Positions 15,350 to 27,757 are shown, numbered from the whole stretch's first letter. The stretch: 63,292 nucleotides of DNA, filler included, from Octopus bimaculoides (GCF_001194135.2; 6 parts of 6 records of this genome joined end to end with filler, not necessarily neighbours in it), one strand, 5' to 3'. Program-made: numbers and translations. Notes: generated by a model from the letters alone, not told the origin.

Positions 15350-15682
15350 TCTAATGTTCAGCTTTTCTCTCAAGATACTTACACTCTGACGGGTATTCAC
15401 ATTGACATTACACATCCAACGGAGCATACTGGCTTCATTCCTTGCGAGCTTACGTATGTCCTCAGCAGTTACAGCCCATGTTTCACTGCCATGTAGCATG
15501 GTTGTTCGTACGCATGCGTCATACAGTCTGCCTTTTACTCTGAGTGAGAGTCCCTTTGTCGCCAGCAGGGGTAAGAGCTCTCTAAACTTTGCCCAGGCTA
15601 TTCTTATTCTAGCAGCTACACTTTCAGCGCACCCACCCCCACTACTAACTTGGTCGCCCAGATAGCGGAAGCTATCGACTAC
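15350..15682 (-). mobile_element. RTE-clade LINE RT fragment, 5'-truncated and cut by the scaffold join
   Basis: Uninterrupted frame VDSFRYLGDQVSSGGGCAESVAARIRIAWAKFRELLPLL..YDACVRTTMLHGSETW..RWMCNV. Confidence 0.88.
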
Positions 15683-16984
15683 GTGTCCAAATATTTAAAA
15701 AATATGTATTTAACTTTAACCTGATTCATTAGACTGTGGCCATGCTGGAGCACTGCCTTGAAGAAGTTTTTTGTCAATTGATTTAACCCCAGTACATTTT
15801 TTTTTAACCTGGAACTTATTTTATCAATCAATTTTATACACACACACACACACACACACGACAGATTCCGTCTTAGTAGAAAACGCCTGCCCAAAGTGTC
15901 AAGCAGTAAGACTGAACCCAGAACCATATGGTTGGGAAACAAGCTTCTTACCACAGAGCCACGCCTGTGCTTAGCACATCGACCATTTATTATTGTATCG
16001 AGAATGAGTATTGGTGAGAGACAGGTGCACACACACATACTGCACTTTGCTTCAAAGGAATAAAAAAATATATCAGTGCAGGACATTGAAATAAAGAATT
16101 CTCATCTTCTAAATATCCAATCATTTTTTAACTTGGTTCAGAGAGATCTAATACCCAAAACCTCTCCATCACTTTCCTCCAGTAATTAATTTAATTAACA
16201 GCTAATTCCATTTAAATCGTTTTTATTTTCCAAACATTTCAGTTACAGTTATCTCCCTTGATTGTTTTCAGATTTTAAAACCCACTTCTGTGGAAGTTTT
16301 TCTCTATAAATTGCATGGATAATCTCAATTAATCGAAAGTTTTGCAACACGTTTCTGTGAGAACCTTCCCTTTGTGATTTGAGAAAAACATTTGGCAGGG
16401 CGAATAATCACAGGGAGCTAACTTCGTTTATTCATAAGATAAAGGCCCGAGGGCCGCTGACCAAGCAGATCTGGCAAAAAAGGCATTCCTGCCGTGATTA
16501 TCTTAACGTTTTTGTTTTGGTTATATCATGCAATGACTTTTTTAAAACAATGGTGTGATCTGAGGGAGATTTGGCTACAATTTCTCACAGCTGAGTGCGG
16601 TTACCAAGTTGGAGACATTAGGTTATCTCCCTTGAACAAAACTTTTCCCATAAGGCTGGATGCCACGAGCTGGCAGAATCGTTAGCGCGTTGGACAAAGT
16701 GCCTAACAGCATTTCTTTCAGTTCTGTAGCCGAGTTCAACTTCGTCTTTCATCTCTTCAGGATCGATAAAATAAAGACCAGTTGAATACAGAGATCAATG
16801 CAATTGATTTACCCCTCTCCAGCCCTGTAAGGCTTCTCATCCAGATGTCCACTCCAATACAAAACCTACAGCTTGCTAGTCGCTATGGTTATCTTAGCCC
16901 ACTGACCCACTGTGGTCAGAGCCCCAAGTCTAAAGAGTGGGGTCAGACGGCACAGACATAGTTTTGCTATAAAACTACTAAACA

Positions 16985-17830
16985 CAGACAGGAAGCAAAA
17001 TTCTGTTGCGATGGAGAACAGGTATTGGACGGAGCAAGTACTGGTCTGGACAAGTCAAGGCTGACCCAAGGCAGTCTGGAGTTGGCTTTACGATAGACAC
17101 CACCATTGTCTCTTGGCTTGAGAGCCTACCCATCGGCCACTCTGACCACATTATGTCTCTACAGCTTCCTCACTGGACAACCAGTATACAACTACCGTTA
17201 GCATTTATGCTCGAGCCCTTCAGGCTGATCCAGCTACATAGGAATTGTTCAATAGTGAACTGAGATCCCTCCTCCAAAAGACCAGCAGTAGGGACAGGAT
17301 CGTTACTGAGGGTGATTTCAAAGGTCAGCAAAAACAACACCATATTGCCAGGAGTACTTGGTCAACTTAACATTGGCAGCTCCAACAATGGTGAATGAAT
17401 GCTGCTGGAGAATTCTGCATTAAGCATGGTCTCTTCATCACCAAAGCCCAGTTTCAGCAGGAGAAACAGTTGAAGAGATTCTGGAGAAAACCCTGGTCAA
17501 AACACTGGCACCTGCTGGACAACGTCCTGGTGTGGCAGACAGATACAGAGGATGTGCACCAGACCTGAGTGCACGTGCCTAGTGCAGACAGCTACAGACG
17601 ACAGATCGGTTCGTGCAGAAGTCACTGTCCATCAAGCCTGTCAGGAAGAAGAAAGGTCATCTAACGAAGAAACTGCAAATCAACGGACTTGCACAACTGT
17701 AGGAAGAGTTTCAGTGAAGCTTGGACAGTAAGCTTTTGAATATCAAAGTAGCTGAAACAGACCCAGAGAAGCTCTGGCAAAACCTGAAGACTACAATAAA
17801 GGAACCAACGGCCAAAGGTGTGGGCTTCTT
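16985..17830 (+). mobile_element. Decayed RTE (BovB-like) LINE endonuclease region
   Basis: YWSGQVKADPRQSGVGFTID..LESLPIGHSDHIMSLQLP and ..KPWSKHWHLLDNVLV resemble the RTE APE domain; multiple frameshifts. Confidence 0.72.
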
Positions 17831-18132
17831 ATCAAGAACACCCTGACCTTGTATTCTGTGTTATGAATGAATGATACTTGTAGCAAAGACAGCCAAAGAA
17901 AGAATATGAAGAGAACAGATGAGATCAGGTTCTTAGAATAATGTTGTGGTTGACAGACAAAATGCCCAAAGGATCAGGACACAGAGTCAGTGATATGTTG
18001 TGTGAGAGGACGGTCTAATACATCCCATGAGGACGATGATGATGATAGAAAAGGTGTTGGCATTCAAAATACGTAGATTAAGAGAAGTAAATTTTGTCGT
18101 GGTCTGTGGAGGGATTTCCAAGGGTCACTTAC

Positions 18133-18217
18133 CAGTGTATTGCTTGATGAAGGAGAAATCAATTCAGGCAGCAGATTCTTCTCATCAGGAACATTCACCT
18201 TGCTGATGTCTATTGTC
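18133..18217 (-). CDS. SCYL2: SCYL2 exon (start of low-conservation C-terminal region): (K)TIDISKVNVPDEKNLLPELISPSSSNTL
   Basis: 85 nt, phase 2-0, frame-compatible with the previous exon; strong ctttcttttttttag acceptor and GTAAGT donor; weak sequence recognition. Confidence 0.8.
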
Positions 18218-18375
18218 CTAAAAAAAGAAAGTAGGGACCAGTATAAGTAGGGATCAGAACAGAAACAGCTCTCTCCCTCTCTCTTTCTCTCTCACCACAT
18301 ATATATATATGTGTGTGTATCATCAGTACATATTGTAACATTTGATGGATATTTGTCCTCATCTTTTTTGTTGTT

Positions 18376-18421
18376 AACACAACGTTTCGGCTGATATACC
18401 CTCCAGCCTTCAACAGGTGTC
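18376..18421 (-). ncRNA. Minimal type-I hammerhead ribozyme motif, family 1 (core-mutated copy)
   Basis: Minus strand GACAC-CUGUUGA-A-GGCUG-gagggtatat-CAGCC-GAAA-CG-UU-GUGUU; stems I and II intact, palindromic ACGU stem III, A6>U in the core. Confidence 0.7.
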
Positions 18422-18581
18422 TTGGGGAAATTTTGAACCTGGGTTCTCATTCCTAAGGTATTTTTCTATGTTATTATTATTATTATTATAATTATTATTA
18501 TTATTATTCAGGGGATCATATTCTAATAATAATATCTAAAAATACCTTAGGAATGAGAACCCAGGTTCAAAATTTCCCCAA

Positions 18582-18627
18582 GACACCTGATGAAGGCTGG
18601 AGGGTATATCAGCTGAAACATCGTGTT
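18582..18627 (+). ncRNA. Minimal type-I hammerhead ribozyme motif, family 1
   Basis: GACAC-CUGAUGA-A-GGCUG-gagggtatat-CAGCU-GAAA-CA-UC-GUGUU; intact CUGAUGA and GAAA; stem III palindrome broken by CG>CA. Confidence 0.75.
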
Positions 18628-19143
18628 AACAACAAACAAGATGAGGACAAATATCCGTCAAATGTAAATAAGGTAAATAATTCATCATCTCTTAAATATG
18701 GAACTATTAAATAATAATACTGATGATGATGGTGATGATGATGAATCAGTATTCGAGGTCTGTGCCAGCTGTGTTGGTAAAGAACCAGGAAAAGTTATTG
18801 ATCTTAAAATGACCGAAAATGATGAGAAGAGAGGGGGAGAGAAAGAGAGGTAAAGTGGACGAGATGCTTTGAATAGAGGAAAGAGAGAGAAGGGTTGTTG
18901 GACGCCTACTGGCAGTAGTTGGAACAAGGAGAATGGTAAAGATGGCAGAAGAATGCAGAGGAATTCGGAAGCAATCTTGAAGCGAGAATACTTGCAAGTG
19001 AAGATCAGTGATAATACACACGATGAAGTTAGAATACGATCCCAGACAATTGGTGAGGCATCGGGGAAGGAATTATTTGTGCCTCAGAAAGAAAGAATTA
19101 ATTAAGACCAATTAATAAAAAGCTATCTGTATTAATTACTTAC

Positions 19144-19244
19144 TTTTGTTCCTCTTGCATTGAATTCAACTGCTCCAGCTTTCCCTTCTGTTCGTTTTCC
19201 ACTTTGCTAATCATCTCCTTCACAATGGCAATATAGGCACTAAA
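19144..19244 (-). CDS. SCYL2: SCYL2 exon (coiled coil): FSAYIAIVKEMISKVENEQKGKLEQLNSMQEEQ(K)
   Basis: 101 nt, phase 0-2, ctgattgcag / GTAAGT; matches SCYL2 FxxxIxxxKEMxxxxExExKxKLEQLxxMQEQQ. Confidence 0.92.
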
Positions 19245-19554
19245 CTGCAATCAGAGCAAAACCAACAGACATCAGGGAACACATTTTCTTACTTGTACCA
19301 ATACCAATATTCCTACTACTTCTACTTCTACTACTACTGTTACTACACCATCGACCAGATAAGTCATCATCTATTAATCCCTCAACTGTGAAGTGAGACT
19401 AGATGAGTGACTCGACAGTAACCACTCAACTGTGAAGTGAGACTAAATGAGTGACTTGACACAAAATCTAATAGATTGTTAACGTTCAATAAAACAATTG
19501 TTAACAGGTGTAAAATGATTGGGAAAAGAAGTTTTACAAATAAAGTTTACTTAC

Positions 19555-19673
19555 CTGGTTCAGATTTAAATTATTTTCAATGCACAAAGGTACTAAGAAT
19601 GGAATGATTTTTGTAGCCAGAATTTCTTTTGTAAATCCTAGTTTTGGATGGGAAAATGTTACCTTCAGGATTC
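19555..19673 (-). CDS. SCYL2: SCYL2 exon: (G)ILKVTFSHPKLGFTKEILATKIIPFLVPLCIENNLNLNQ
   Basis: 119 nt, phase 1-0, completes the split Gly codon; ttctatgcag / GTAAGT; IENNLNLNQ is characteristic of SCYL2. Confidence 0.94.
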
Positions 19674-19927
19674 CTGCATAGAAAAAATATTTGATTAGCC
19701 ATTAGCTAGAATACAAACAAGAAACCTTTGAGAAAAAAAAAATTCTTCAATTAGCTTCATCACAATATCCATATGACCACTAACTTTCATGTTATTCCAA
19801 TTATCTTCGGTCAGTGGGGGGGGGGGGGTGTTAGTAAATGATCACAGACTCAAATTTCAAATCAGAAACAAATTAAAAAGTAAATTCAGTTCTTTGAAAA
19901 ATTGTTCCTCAAAGATGTTTACCTTAA

Positions 19928-20151
19928 CCCTTTCATTACTGTATTTCTGTTGAGATGTTCTGTGTTTCTTTCAATTAATTTTAAATATAACAAAGAATTT
20001 AGTAAAATAACTTAGTTATTATCATTAAGCTAGTGTTAGGAATATAAATTGTGACTAAGGTTTGGTGGAAGATTTTAATTTAAAACTTATGAAAGCAAGA
20101 CATTTGTACTCAGAGCCAGAGCCGGTTTCAACTGGGTTGGTAGTATAAGGG
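19928..20151. mobile_element. piggyBac-type MITE (TTAA target duplication)
   Basis: TTAA|CCCTT...AAGGG|TTAA; second copy at 34811-35030. Confidence 0.8.
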
Positions 20152-21358
20152 TTAACTATTTTCTGTTAAGTGGATGAGAGTGCATTTTCCTCCTGTATAG
20201 GATGATAACCTAACACAGGTAACTTTTCCCAGAAATATCAATTTCCCACAATTCAATCAACTGAGACATATACAAACTAAATTATCTTTACAAAAGACTA
20301 CACAAAATGTTTGAAATAGATGTAAACATCACCATCACCATCATCATTATCATTTAATGTCCATTTTTCCATACTGGCAAGTCAGAAGACTGCAACAAGT
20401 TCCATTGTCTGCTTTCACATAGTCTCTCTGGCCAGATGTCCTTCCTAACACAATAAATTTCATTTGGTTACATTACCTTTTTACACCTCTTACAGACACA
20501 ATCTTTTCTCTTTCATTTTTCATGACTTGAAGGAATCCGGGGCAGGAGTAAAACCCATGAAGACATGGGATGAGGCAATGACGAAAGACCGAGACCTCTG
20601 GAGGTATGCTGTGACTGCAAAGACCCAGCAAATAAAGTGAGATCACAGCTGTAACCCACACCAGTTTCACATAACCAGCCCCAGCCCACTCAAAAGTACC
20701 TTGGATCATAGGGCGACATGCCATGCTTGAGGAGACCTATTGAGTCAAGTACATCAAAATCAAATGGAAATTGTAGTTGTGATCCCCATGCTGGTGGCAC
20801 ATAAAAAGCACAATCCAAATGTGGTCGATGCCAGCACCGCTTGACTGGCTTTCGTACCGGTGACATGTAAAAAGCACCATCCGATCATGGTCATTGCCAG
20901 CCTCCTCTGGCTCCTGTACCAATGGCATGTAAAAAGCACCCACAACTCTCAGAGTGGTTGGCACTAGGAAGGGCATCCAGCTGTAGAAACTCTGCCAGAT
21001 CAGATTGAGCGTGGCACAGCCTCTGGCTCACCAGTCCTCAGTCAAACCGTCCAACCCATGCCAGCATGGAAAACAGATCTTAAACAATGGCAGAAACGTT
21101 AGCACGCTGGGTGTAATGCTTAACAGTATTTCGTCTGCCGTTACGTTCTGAGTTCAAATTCCGCCAAGGTCAACTTTGCCTTTCATCCTTTTGGGGTCGA
21201 TAAATTAAGTACCAGTTACGCACTGGGGTCGATGTAATTAACTTAATCCCTTTGTCTGTCCTTGTTTGTCCCCTCTATGTTTAGCCCCCTGTGGGCAATA
21301 AAGAAATAAGATGTTAAACGATGATGACGATGATGATGATATTCAAAGAGAGACCTAC

Positions 21359-21491
21359 CTAAAATACTCATAAGCACTCCAGGTTCTCGAGACGGTATTT
21401 GAGGCAGCAACGGTATCACTTCATCCAACACACACCATTTATCCATGTATTCCAGAAGTTTACCAATACACACAAGACATCCAACTCGTAC
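21359..21491 (-). CDS. SCYL2: SCYL2 exon: VRVGCLVCIGKLLEYMDKWCVLDEVIPLLPQIPSREPGVLMSIL(G)
   Basis: 133 nt, phase 0-1, tctttcag / GTAGGT; matches SCYL2 VRVxxLVCxGKxLEYxDKWxVLD...QIPSxEPxVLMxILG. Confidence 0.95.
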
Positions 21492-22403
21492 CTGAAAGAT
21501 GAAAGCAATGACATGAAAGAGAGACGTGAGGCACAAAGTCAACGCAGTAAGAGTCACCAGAAGAAGAAACGAAATGCTGCTGTGGTTCTTAAACAATGCC
21601 ATTATTTACAGGGATCAAATGTAAAGAACAGTTCTTGCCATCTATAAGCATCCCTAGGACTGGTCAGTGTCCAGTGCACGGACACTGTGAAGGAGGCTCA
21701 GCCCATTTTGCAAAGAATGGTCTGGACCATTTTGTGAATCTTTAATGCCAGTATAAGATCCATAATGTCCCTGCATTCCTCAGTCAGGAATCTTTACTGA
21801 CACCAAGTAGCTTGCCTAAGCTTGTCTTTGAATCAAGCCAACAGGTTAGGAACACTTTTAAGAACTTTACTAAACCTAAAATTCTGCTCAGGAATTGCAG
21901 ACATGCTTTCCATTTTATTTTCAGTTTTTTTTTGAAGTCCCATGGCAATGGGAAGATGGAAGCAGGTGCAGACCTAAAATGCTTGATGGGGTTGTCACCA
22001 ACCTGTACGTAAGTGTCCTATTTTAATTTGAGATGCTCTTACTTGAGCAGACAGCAATCATCTTTAACGTACAGACAAACATGAATATTTCTTGGAAGAG
22101 TGAATCTTGGAGAAGATGATAAAGTTATAAATAATCACATCTAAATATTGGGTTGTAAAAAAAACCCCACTGGACAGAAAGAGTCCACAGCTTCAAAATA
22201 GAATTATTTCACATTCTTTCAACAGTTTATAAGTTATTATGACATCAACAATGTTTGTGTGTGTTTGTGCGCACACACACACACACACACACACACTTTG
22301 TAATTTTCATTTAAATTTCATGCAGAAAAAGCAGCAAACTAACAAAAACAGAATCTGAAAGAAAACAGATTAGAATTAAAGAGAAGATAAATTAGATATT
22401 CAC

Positions 22404-22517
22404 CGAAAGGCTTGAGGTGGCTAAACACATTTTCTTGATCCTTGGTATAATACAATTTTTCAGGGACGTATATTCAATAAGACTAGCAAAAGTAGGTATG
22501 ATATTGAGAACAAGTTC
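22404..22517 (-). CDS. SCYL2: SCYL2 exon: ELVLNIIPTFASLIEYTSLKNCIIPRIKKMCLATSSLS
   Basis: 114 nt, phase 0-0, tttccacag / GTGAAT; not in the ORF track, read by hand; matches SCYL2 ELxLNIIPTFAxLIxYxSxKNxxIPRIK. Confidence 0.94.
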
Positions 22518-23719
22518 CTGTGGAAACAGAAATATTTTGGGGTTATTAAATTTTTAAAATATTTTTGCTGGAATCTTCTATCTTAGAAAAGATTGTTATA
22601 AACCAGTCATAGGCAACCTGCAGCCAACAAGAATTATATATATAACTAGGTGGCCCCATGCCATCAAAAATGATGGCTAATTGTAGTAGATGCCCTTCCT
22701 AACGTCAACCACTCCAAGAGTGTAGTGGGTGCTTTTTGTGTACCACCGGCATGGGAGCCAGTCAGGTAGCACTGGCATGGGCCATATTTAGATGGTGCTT
22801 TTTACATGCCACCGGCATGGGGAGCCAGTCAGGTGACTCTGGCAACAACCCACACATGAATGGTGCTTATTGCGTGCCACCAGCACTGGTATCGGCCACA
22901 ACTACAATTTCCATTTGATTGTGATTTTATTTACTTGATTCAATAGGTCTCCTCAAGCATAGCATGTCACCCAACAGAGAAATAGAGAGGCAGAAATAGG
23001 TGCCTTGCTATAGAGGAGGTACATGGTGAGAGAGAGGGGGGGGGGGAGAGTATGAGAGAGGTACAAGAAAGAGGCCAGAAACGAGTGTGCTAATGTAAAG
23101 GAGATACTTGGTTACCTGGTCAGAGGGAAAAGTAAGAGAAGGGGAGTGATGAAGAATGAGGTTAGAAACAGGTGTGCTGCTGTAGAGGAGATGCATGGCT
23201 ACCCAACCAGAGGGACTAATAAACATGTATCTATTATGAGATGCAAGATAACTTTACAGGTGCTTTTTGTGTCCCTGTGCTGGTGTCTCATAAAAAAGTT
23301 AGTGCCATGTAAAAGGTATCCAGCCATAGAAACCATGTTAAAACGGACAAATGGAGCCATCACCTGTCAAAACCATCGAACCCATACCAGCAGGGAAAAT
23401 GGACATTACAGCATCATCATCATCATCATGGTGATGGTGGTGGTGCAGGTGGCAACCAATTTAAGTAAATTCCTCATCATCTCAGCTGGTTTGTAAAACA
23501 CTTATTTCACAACCAAAAATTTTAATTAATATATTCATACATGTTAGGGTAATTGCTATTTAATTGCTACACTTTCAAAGAATCCTGTACATTGAACCAA
23601 TATCTGACAATACATAGGATTCTTTGAAATATTTCCCTAACTGTCACTAACGTTCGTTGTCACGCTTCATGCAATGTGTGGATTGCAACGATTTGTAAAA
23701 TTTTCAAAAAAGAATTTAC

Positions 23720-23842
23720 CTGAATTTGGGGATCATTAGATTCTAAAGCATGGTAAACCATGGGTAAAACATGATTCTTGATGTCTGAAGAACTTGTTTT
23801 ACTGAGAAGTAAAGTCATATTCTGCAGGAATATCAGGAGGAT
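23720..23842 (-). CDS. SCYL2: SCYL2 exon: ILLIFLQNMTLLLSKTSSSDIKNHVLPMVYHALESNDPQIQ
   Basis: 123 nt, phase 0-0, ttcttcag / GTAAAT; matches SCYL2 ILLIFLQxMxLLLxKT...IKNxVLPMVYxALE...QIQ. Confidence 0.95.
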
Positions 23843-25614
23843 CTGAAGAAACAAACAAACAAACAACAGATTTATTATTCGACTTTCATAACAGACAAAA
23901 TAATACAAAAAAATGCAATTAAATTAAAAAAAAAAAACAAGGAATGACTGTGTGGTAAGAAGTTTGCTTCCCAACCACATGGTTCTGGGTTTTCCTAAAT
24001 CATTTGGTATAAATCAAATTGATTATGCCTATTTCTTAGTATTTTGAACTGTTAGAATTATTTTCACAATTTATCCAGAACAAACCCTTAAACAAGTAAA
24101 TAGTATTTTCCTAAACAATAGATCCACTTATTTCAGTTAGTGACTTATTCACGAATATACCAACACTAACTCCGCTGAGGGTAATATTCTCTGCAAATGC
24201 ACAAATGCCCTATTCAGAGTTATTTTGTTTGAATTGTTATCATCTCATATCTGATTTGCCTGTTATTACGTAACATGCTTCACGATTTTAGTATACATAC
24301 CTTATTATGATTTCCTCCTATGTTCTACATACTCTGGGAACACATTAGAGCCCTTTTCGGGGCTACTTTATTTGAATTCTTACTATCAGGTAACTAATTT
24401 CATGTTATTATGTAATTGTCTTCACAATTTGGGTATTCATAACTTATTGTCAACCGTTCCACCCATGCCAGTATGGAAGGTGGATGCTAAATGATGATGA
24501 TGATGATGATGACACACACATATATATATATGACATCTACCAAATCCACTCACAAGGCTTTGGTTGACCCTAGGCTATAGTAGAAGACACTTGCCCAAGG
24601 TGTTGAGCAGTGGGACTGAACCTGGAACCATGTGGTTGGTAAGCAAGCTTCTTACCACACATTCTCAGGGAGATCCAGAGCAACACAGAATGTGACAAGG
24701 CTGGCCCCCTTTGAATTACAGGTACAACTCATTTTTGCCAGCTGAGTAGACTAGAGGAATAAGAAATAAAGGGTCTTGCTCAAGGAGACAACATGCTGCC
24801 AGGAATTGAACTCTCAACCTTATGATTTAAGCCAAATACCTTCAAATTCAAAAGGCCCTGTTATAATGAAAGTATAGTGCAGTGGTTCTCAAACTTTTTA
24901 TTTAAATGAGTTTTCCCATGCACCTCTGGCACAGGCGTGGCTGTGTGGTAAGTAGCTTGCTTCTCAACCACATGGTTCTGGGTTCAGTCCAGTTTAGTAA
25001 AAATACCCACTAAACTCACAGAGTGGTTGGCGTTAGGAAGGGCATCCAGCTGTAGAAACACTGCCAGATCAGATTGGAGCCTGGTGCAGCCTCTTGGCTT
25101 CCCAGACCCCAGTCGAACCATCCAACCCATGCCAGCATGGAAAGCGGACGTTAAACGATGATGATGATGAACACTTCTCCCAAGTTAAATAATAGATACA
25201 GAATGTTATTTGGTACAAATGTTACTTGCATCACTAAAAACCATTTTTACTGAGGCTGCCAGCCATCTGCAACACCAGCGACTGATCAGTCACTGTCTTT
25301 TGATACATCAGTAGAAGCAAAGTTTGATAAGGATGTAGTGACAGTGGGTGCTTACTGATGATGACGTGCAAACATGCAGAAATCACGTGATCTAGCAGTT
25401 CCATTATTAGTGCTGGACATTCTTCATCTGCTATTGATACCTCTGTGCTTTTTAGCATTCGACAGCTGTAAGTAATGCTTTCTCAAGATGAATTCCTCAA
25501 TATTACGGAATTCTTGTCTTTTATATAAAACAGCAAAAAAAGTCACAGATGAGAATTTGTTTTCGCTGAGATAAATTCAGAAAAATGATAGAACTCAATA
25601 AAAAAAAAACTTAC

Positions 25615-25791
25615 TTGAACAGGCTTCTGGAGTTTAAACATTGGAATAATTTCAGGAAAGATAAGTGTCACATATTCCCTTTCTGTTGATTGCTCTGCGA
25701 TATAAAGAATGCTTGGAAGTACAAATGGTATCATGTCAGGGTTGACCGATTCACTGAACAATGGCGGCAAGATGCGTTGCTGATTAACTCG
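25615..25791 (-). CDS. SCYL2: SCYL2 exon (HEAT repeats): RVNQQRILPPLFSESVNPDMIPFVLPSILYIAEQSTEREYVTLIFPEIIPMFKLQKPVQ
   Basis: 177 nt, phase 0-0, ttattccag / GTAAGT; matches SCYL2 RVxxQRILPxLxSExVNPDMxPFVLP. Confidence 0.95.
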
Positions 25792-26537
25792 CTGGAATAA
25801 AGGGTAAGTCGGTCAATCATGGAATTAAAAGAAAATGGGAAAAAAACAAGTGAAAGATAAAATACAAGGATAATACAGATTGGCAATGGTGGACACGGTT
25901 AATCGAAAAGTTAACTTTGTTAATCGGTTAACTTTGATGACCATGAATCAGTTAAATGTTTAAAAACATAGCAGAAGTTATCGACAAACCGTTAATTTTT
26001 ATTATAGACAAAAAACAAAAGAAAAATCCGTTTTTGCTCTCAATCCACCTAAAACACCTTTAAAAAGTGCTAAAACTGTAAAATCCGTTAACTTCAATTG
26101 AATTGAAGTTAACGGAAGTTAACAGAAGTTAATTAGTCCGATAATGATTTCCAAAGTTAACTTGGAAGTTAAATCATTAACGAAAATGTTAACTTCGTTA
26201 ATTAATGATTAACAAATTAACAGTTTGGTGCCCAGGCTTGCAAATTAGCCATTCCATGCCCACCACCTAAAAGGAATGAATATCTTCTGCATTCATGTTT
26301 ACTTTCTAATTTATGATAATTTATGACTAATTGACACTTCCAGTCAAACTGAAATAATTTCATATTCCAAGATGAAGTCTCATAAATAAGAACTCAGATC
26401 TCATCCACAAAGCCACTTTGAAACAGAGTCTTCCAATAATGTGAAGAATTCTCCCTTGGAGCCACCAACATTTCAACTAAATTTCATGGGAAGTCAAAAC
26501 AAAACAAAGAATATGAAGAAGACAAAGAGAAATTTAC

Positions 26538-26663
26538 CTTTGGTAACTTAGCAATTATTTTTGGCAAACCTTTGAAGAATTTAGATTTCTGTAAGTTATC
26601 TCTTTGAAATAATGTGTCTAAGTACTGTAGAGTCATAGATCCAACATCCTCAAAAAATGGAAT
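26538..26663 (-). CDS. SCYL2: SCYL2 exon: IPFFEDVGSMTLQYLDTLFQRDNLQKSKFFKGLPKIIAKLPK
   Basis: 126 nt, phase 0-0, polypyrimidine-cag / GTAAAT; near-identical to recalled SCYL2 IPFFDDVGxxTLQYxDTLFQRDNLQKSxFFKGLPK. Confidence 0.96.
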
Positions 26664-27281
26664 CTGCAAAAGAAAGAAATATGCCAAAGATTTTTAGAAA
26701 ACAATATACTACATCAAGATGGTAGAAACATTTAGCAACAGTTTTCTATATATGAAGTAATAATTAAATAAAATTAATATTGACAATAATTTCTTACAAC
26801 ATATTAATAATTAAATCTTGTGTCTTGGGAAGGTCATTATGCCAATAATAATAACACACATGCAGTGGTTCAATATCATTGCTTTATCATTAAAAGAAGT
26901 CATGGTGAACCAGTGCATGTGGTATTATTGGTGCAATGATCCTCCCAAGACACAACAAGATTTGTTTTAACAAATAAATTCACATTTTGAATCTTGCAAA
27001 TACAAAAACAACATATAGTAATTAGATGTTATTAAACATTTTAAAGACAATTTTTTGTCTTTTTAATAAGGTTGTCAATGTTCAAGTTTTTGCTAATTTT
27101 ACTACAACAATCACACACTCTTTCTCTAACAAACACTTCACTGGCTTCTCATTTTTTCTCCTTATATAATAATAGCTTGTTACGTTTAGATGACAACTGA
27201 CAATTCTATGGCCAATTTTCTGAAATAAACATCCGTACAAGGATCTCAAACACTAGAAATCCACAGAGTAGTCTTGACTAT

Positions 27282-27329
<48 letters not shown>

Positions 27330-27333
<4 letters not shown>

Positions 27334-27718
27334 CAGTGGGTGCTTTTTACATGCCACCGACACAAGGACCAGTCAGGGGGTACTGGCATCGACCACGCTT
27401 GAATGGTGCTTATTATGTGCCACCAGCACAGGAGCCTGTCAGGTGGCACTGACAATGATCACGTTCTTGTGCGGGTGACACATAAAATACACCATTTTGA
27501 GCGTGGCCGTTGCCAGTACCGCTTGACTGGCCTTCGTGCGGGTGACACGTAAAAGCACCCACTACACTCTCTGAGTGGTTGGCGTTAGGAAGGGCATCCA
27601 GCTGTAGAAACTCTGCCAAATCAGACTGGAGCCTGGTGTAGCCATCTGGTTTCACCAGTCCTCAGTCAAATCGTCCAACCCATGCTAGCATGGAAAGCGG
27701 ATGTTAAACGATGATGAT
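27330..27718 (+). mobile_element. RTE-tailed short element with ~60-bp internal repeats and (GAT)n tail (family D)
   Basis: aaaagcacccactacactct..ggcgttaggaagggcatccagctgtagaaac..ccaacccatgctagcatggaaagcggacgttaaacgatgatg; copies at 20540-21085, 22680-22975, 25010-25170, 31125-31333, 35060-35330 and 62470-62560. Confidence 0.7.
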
Positions 27719-27757
27719 ATACACATATATGTATATATTTTGCTGGTAGCTTACTGG

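Larger units (their letters stand above)
18338..18665. repeat. 128-bp inverted repeat (fold-back) of the hammerhead-bearing element with a 72-bp TTA-rich spacer
   Basis: 18338-18465 is the reverse complement of 18538-18665 with about 6 mismatches by eye. Confidence 0.92.

Noticed and set aside
25356-25465. Possible poison exon in the SCYL2 intron (tacag ... GTAAGC, in-frame TGA)
   Set aside because: The acceptor lacks a polypyrimidine tract and there is no evidence of use; the overlapping 74-aa ORF is unrecognisable.
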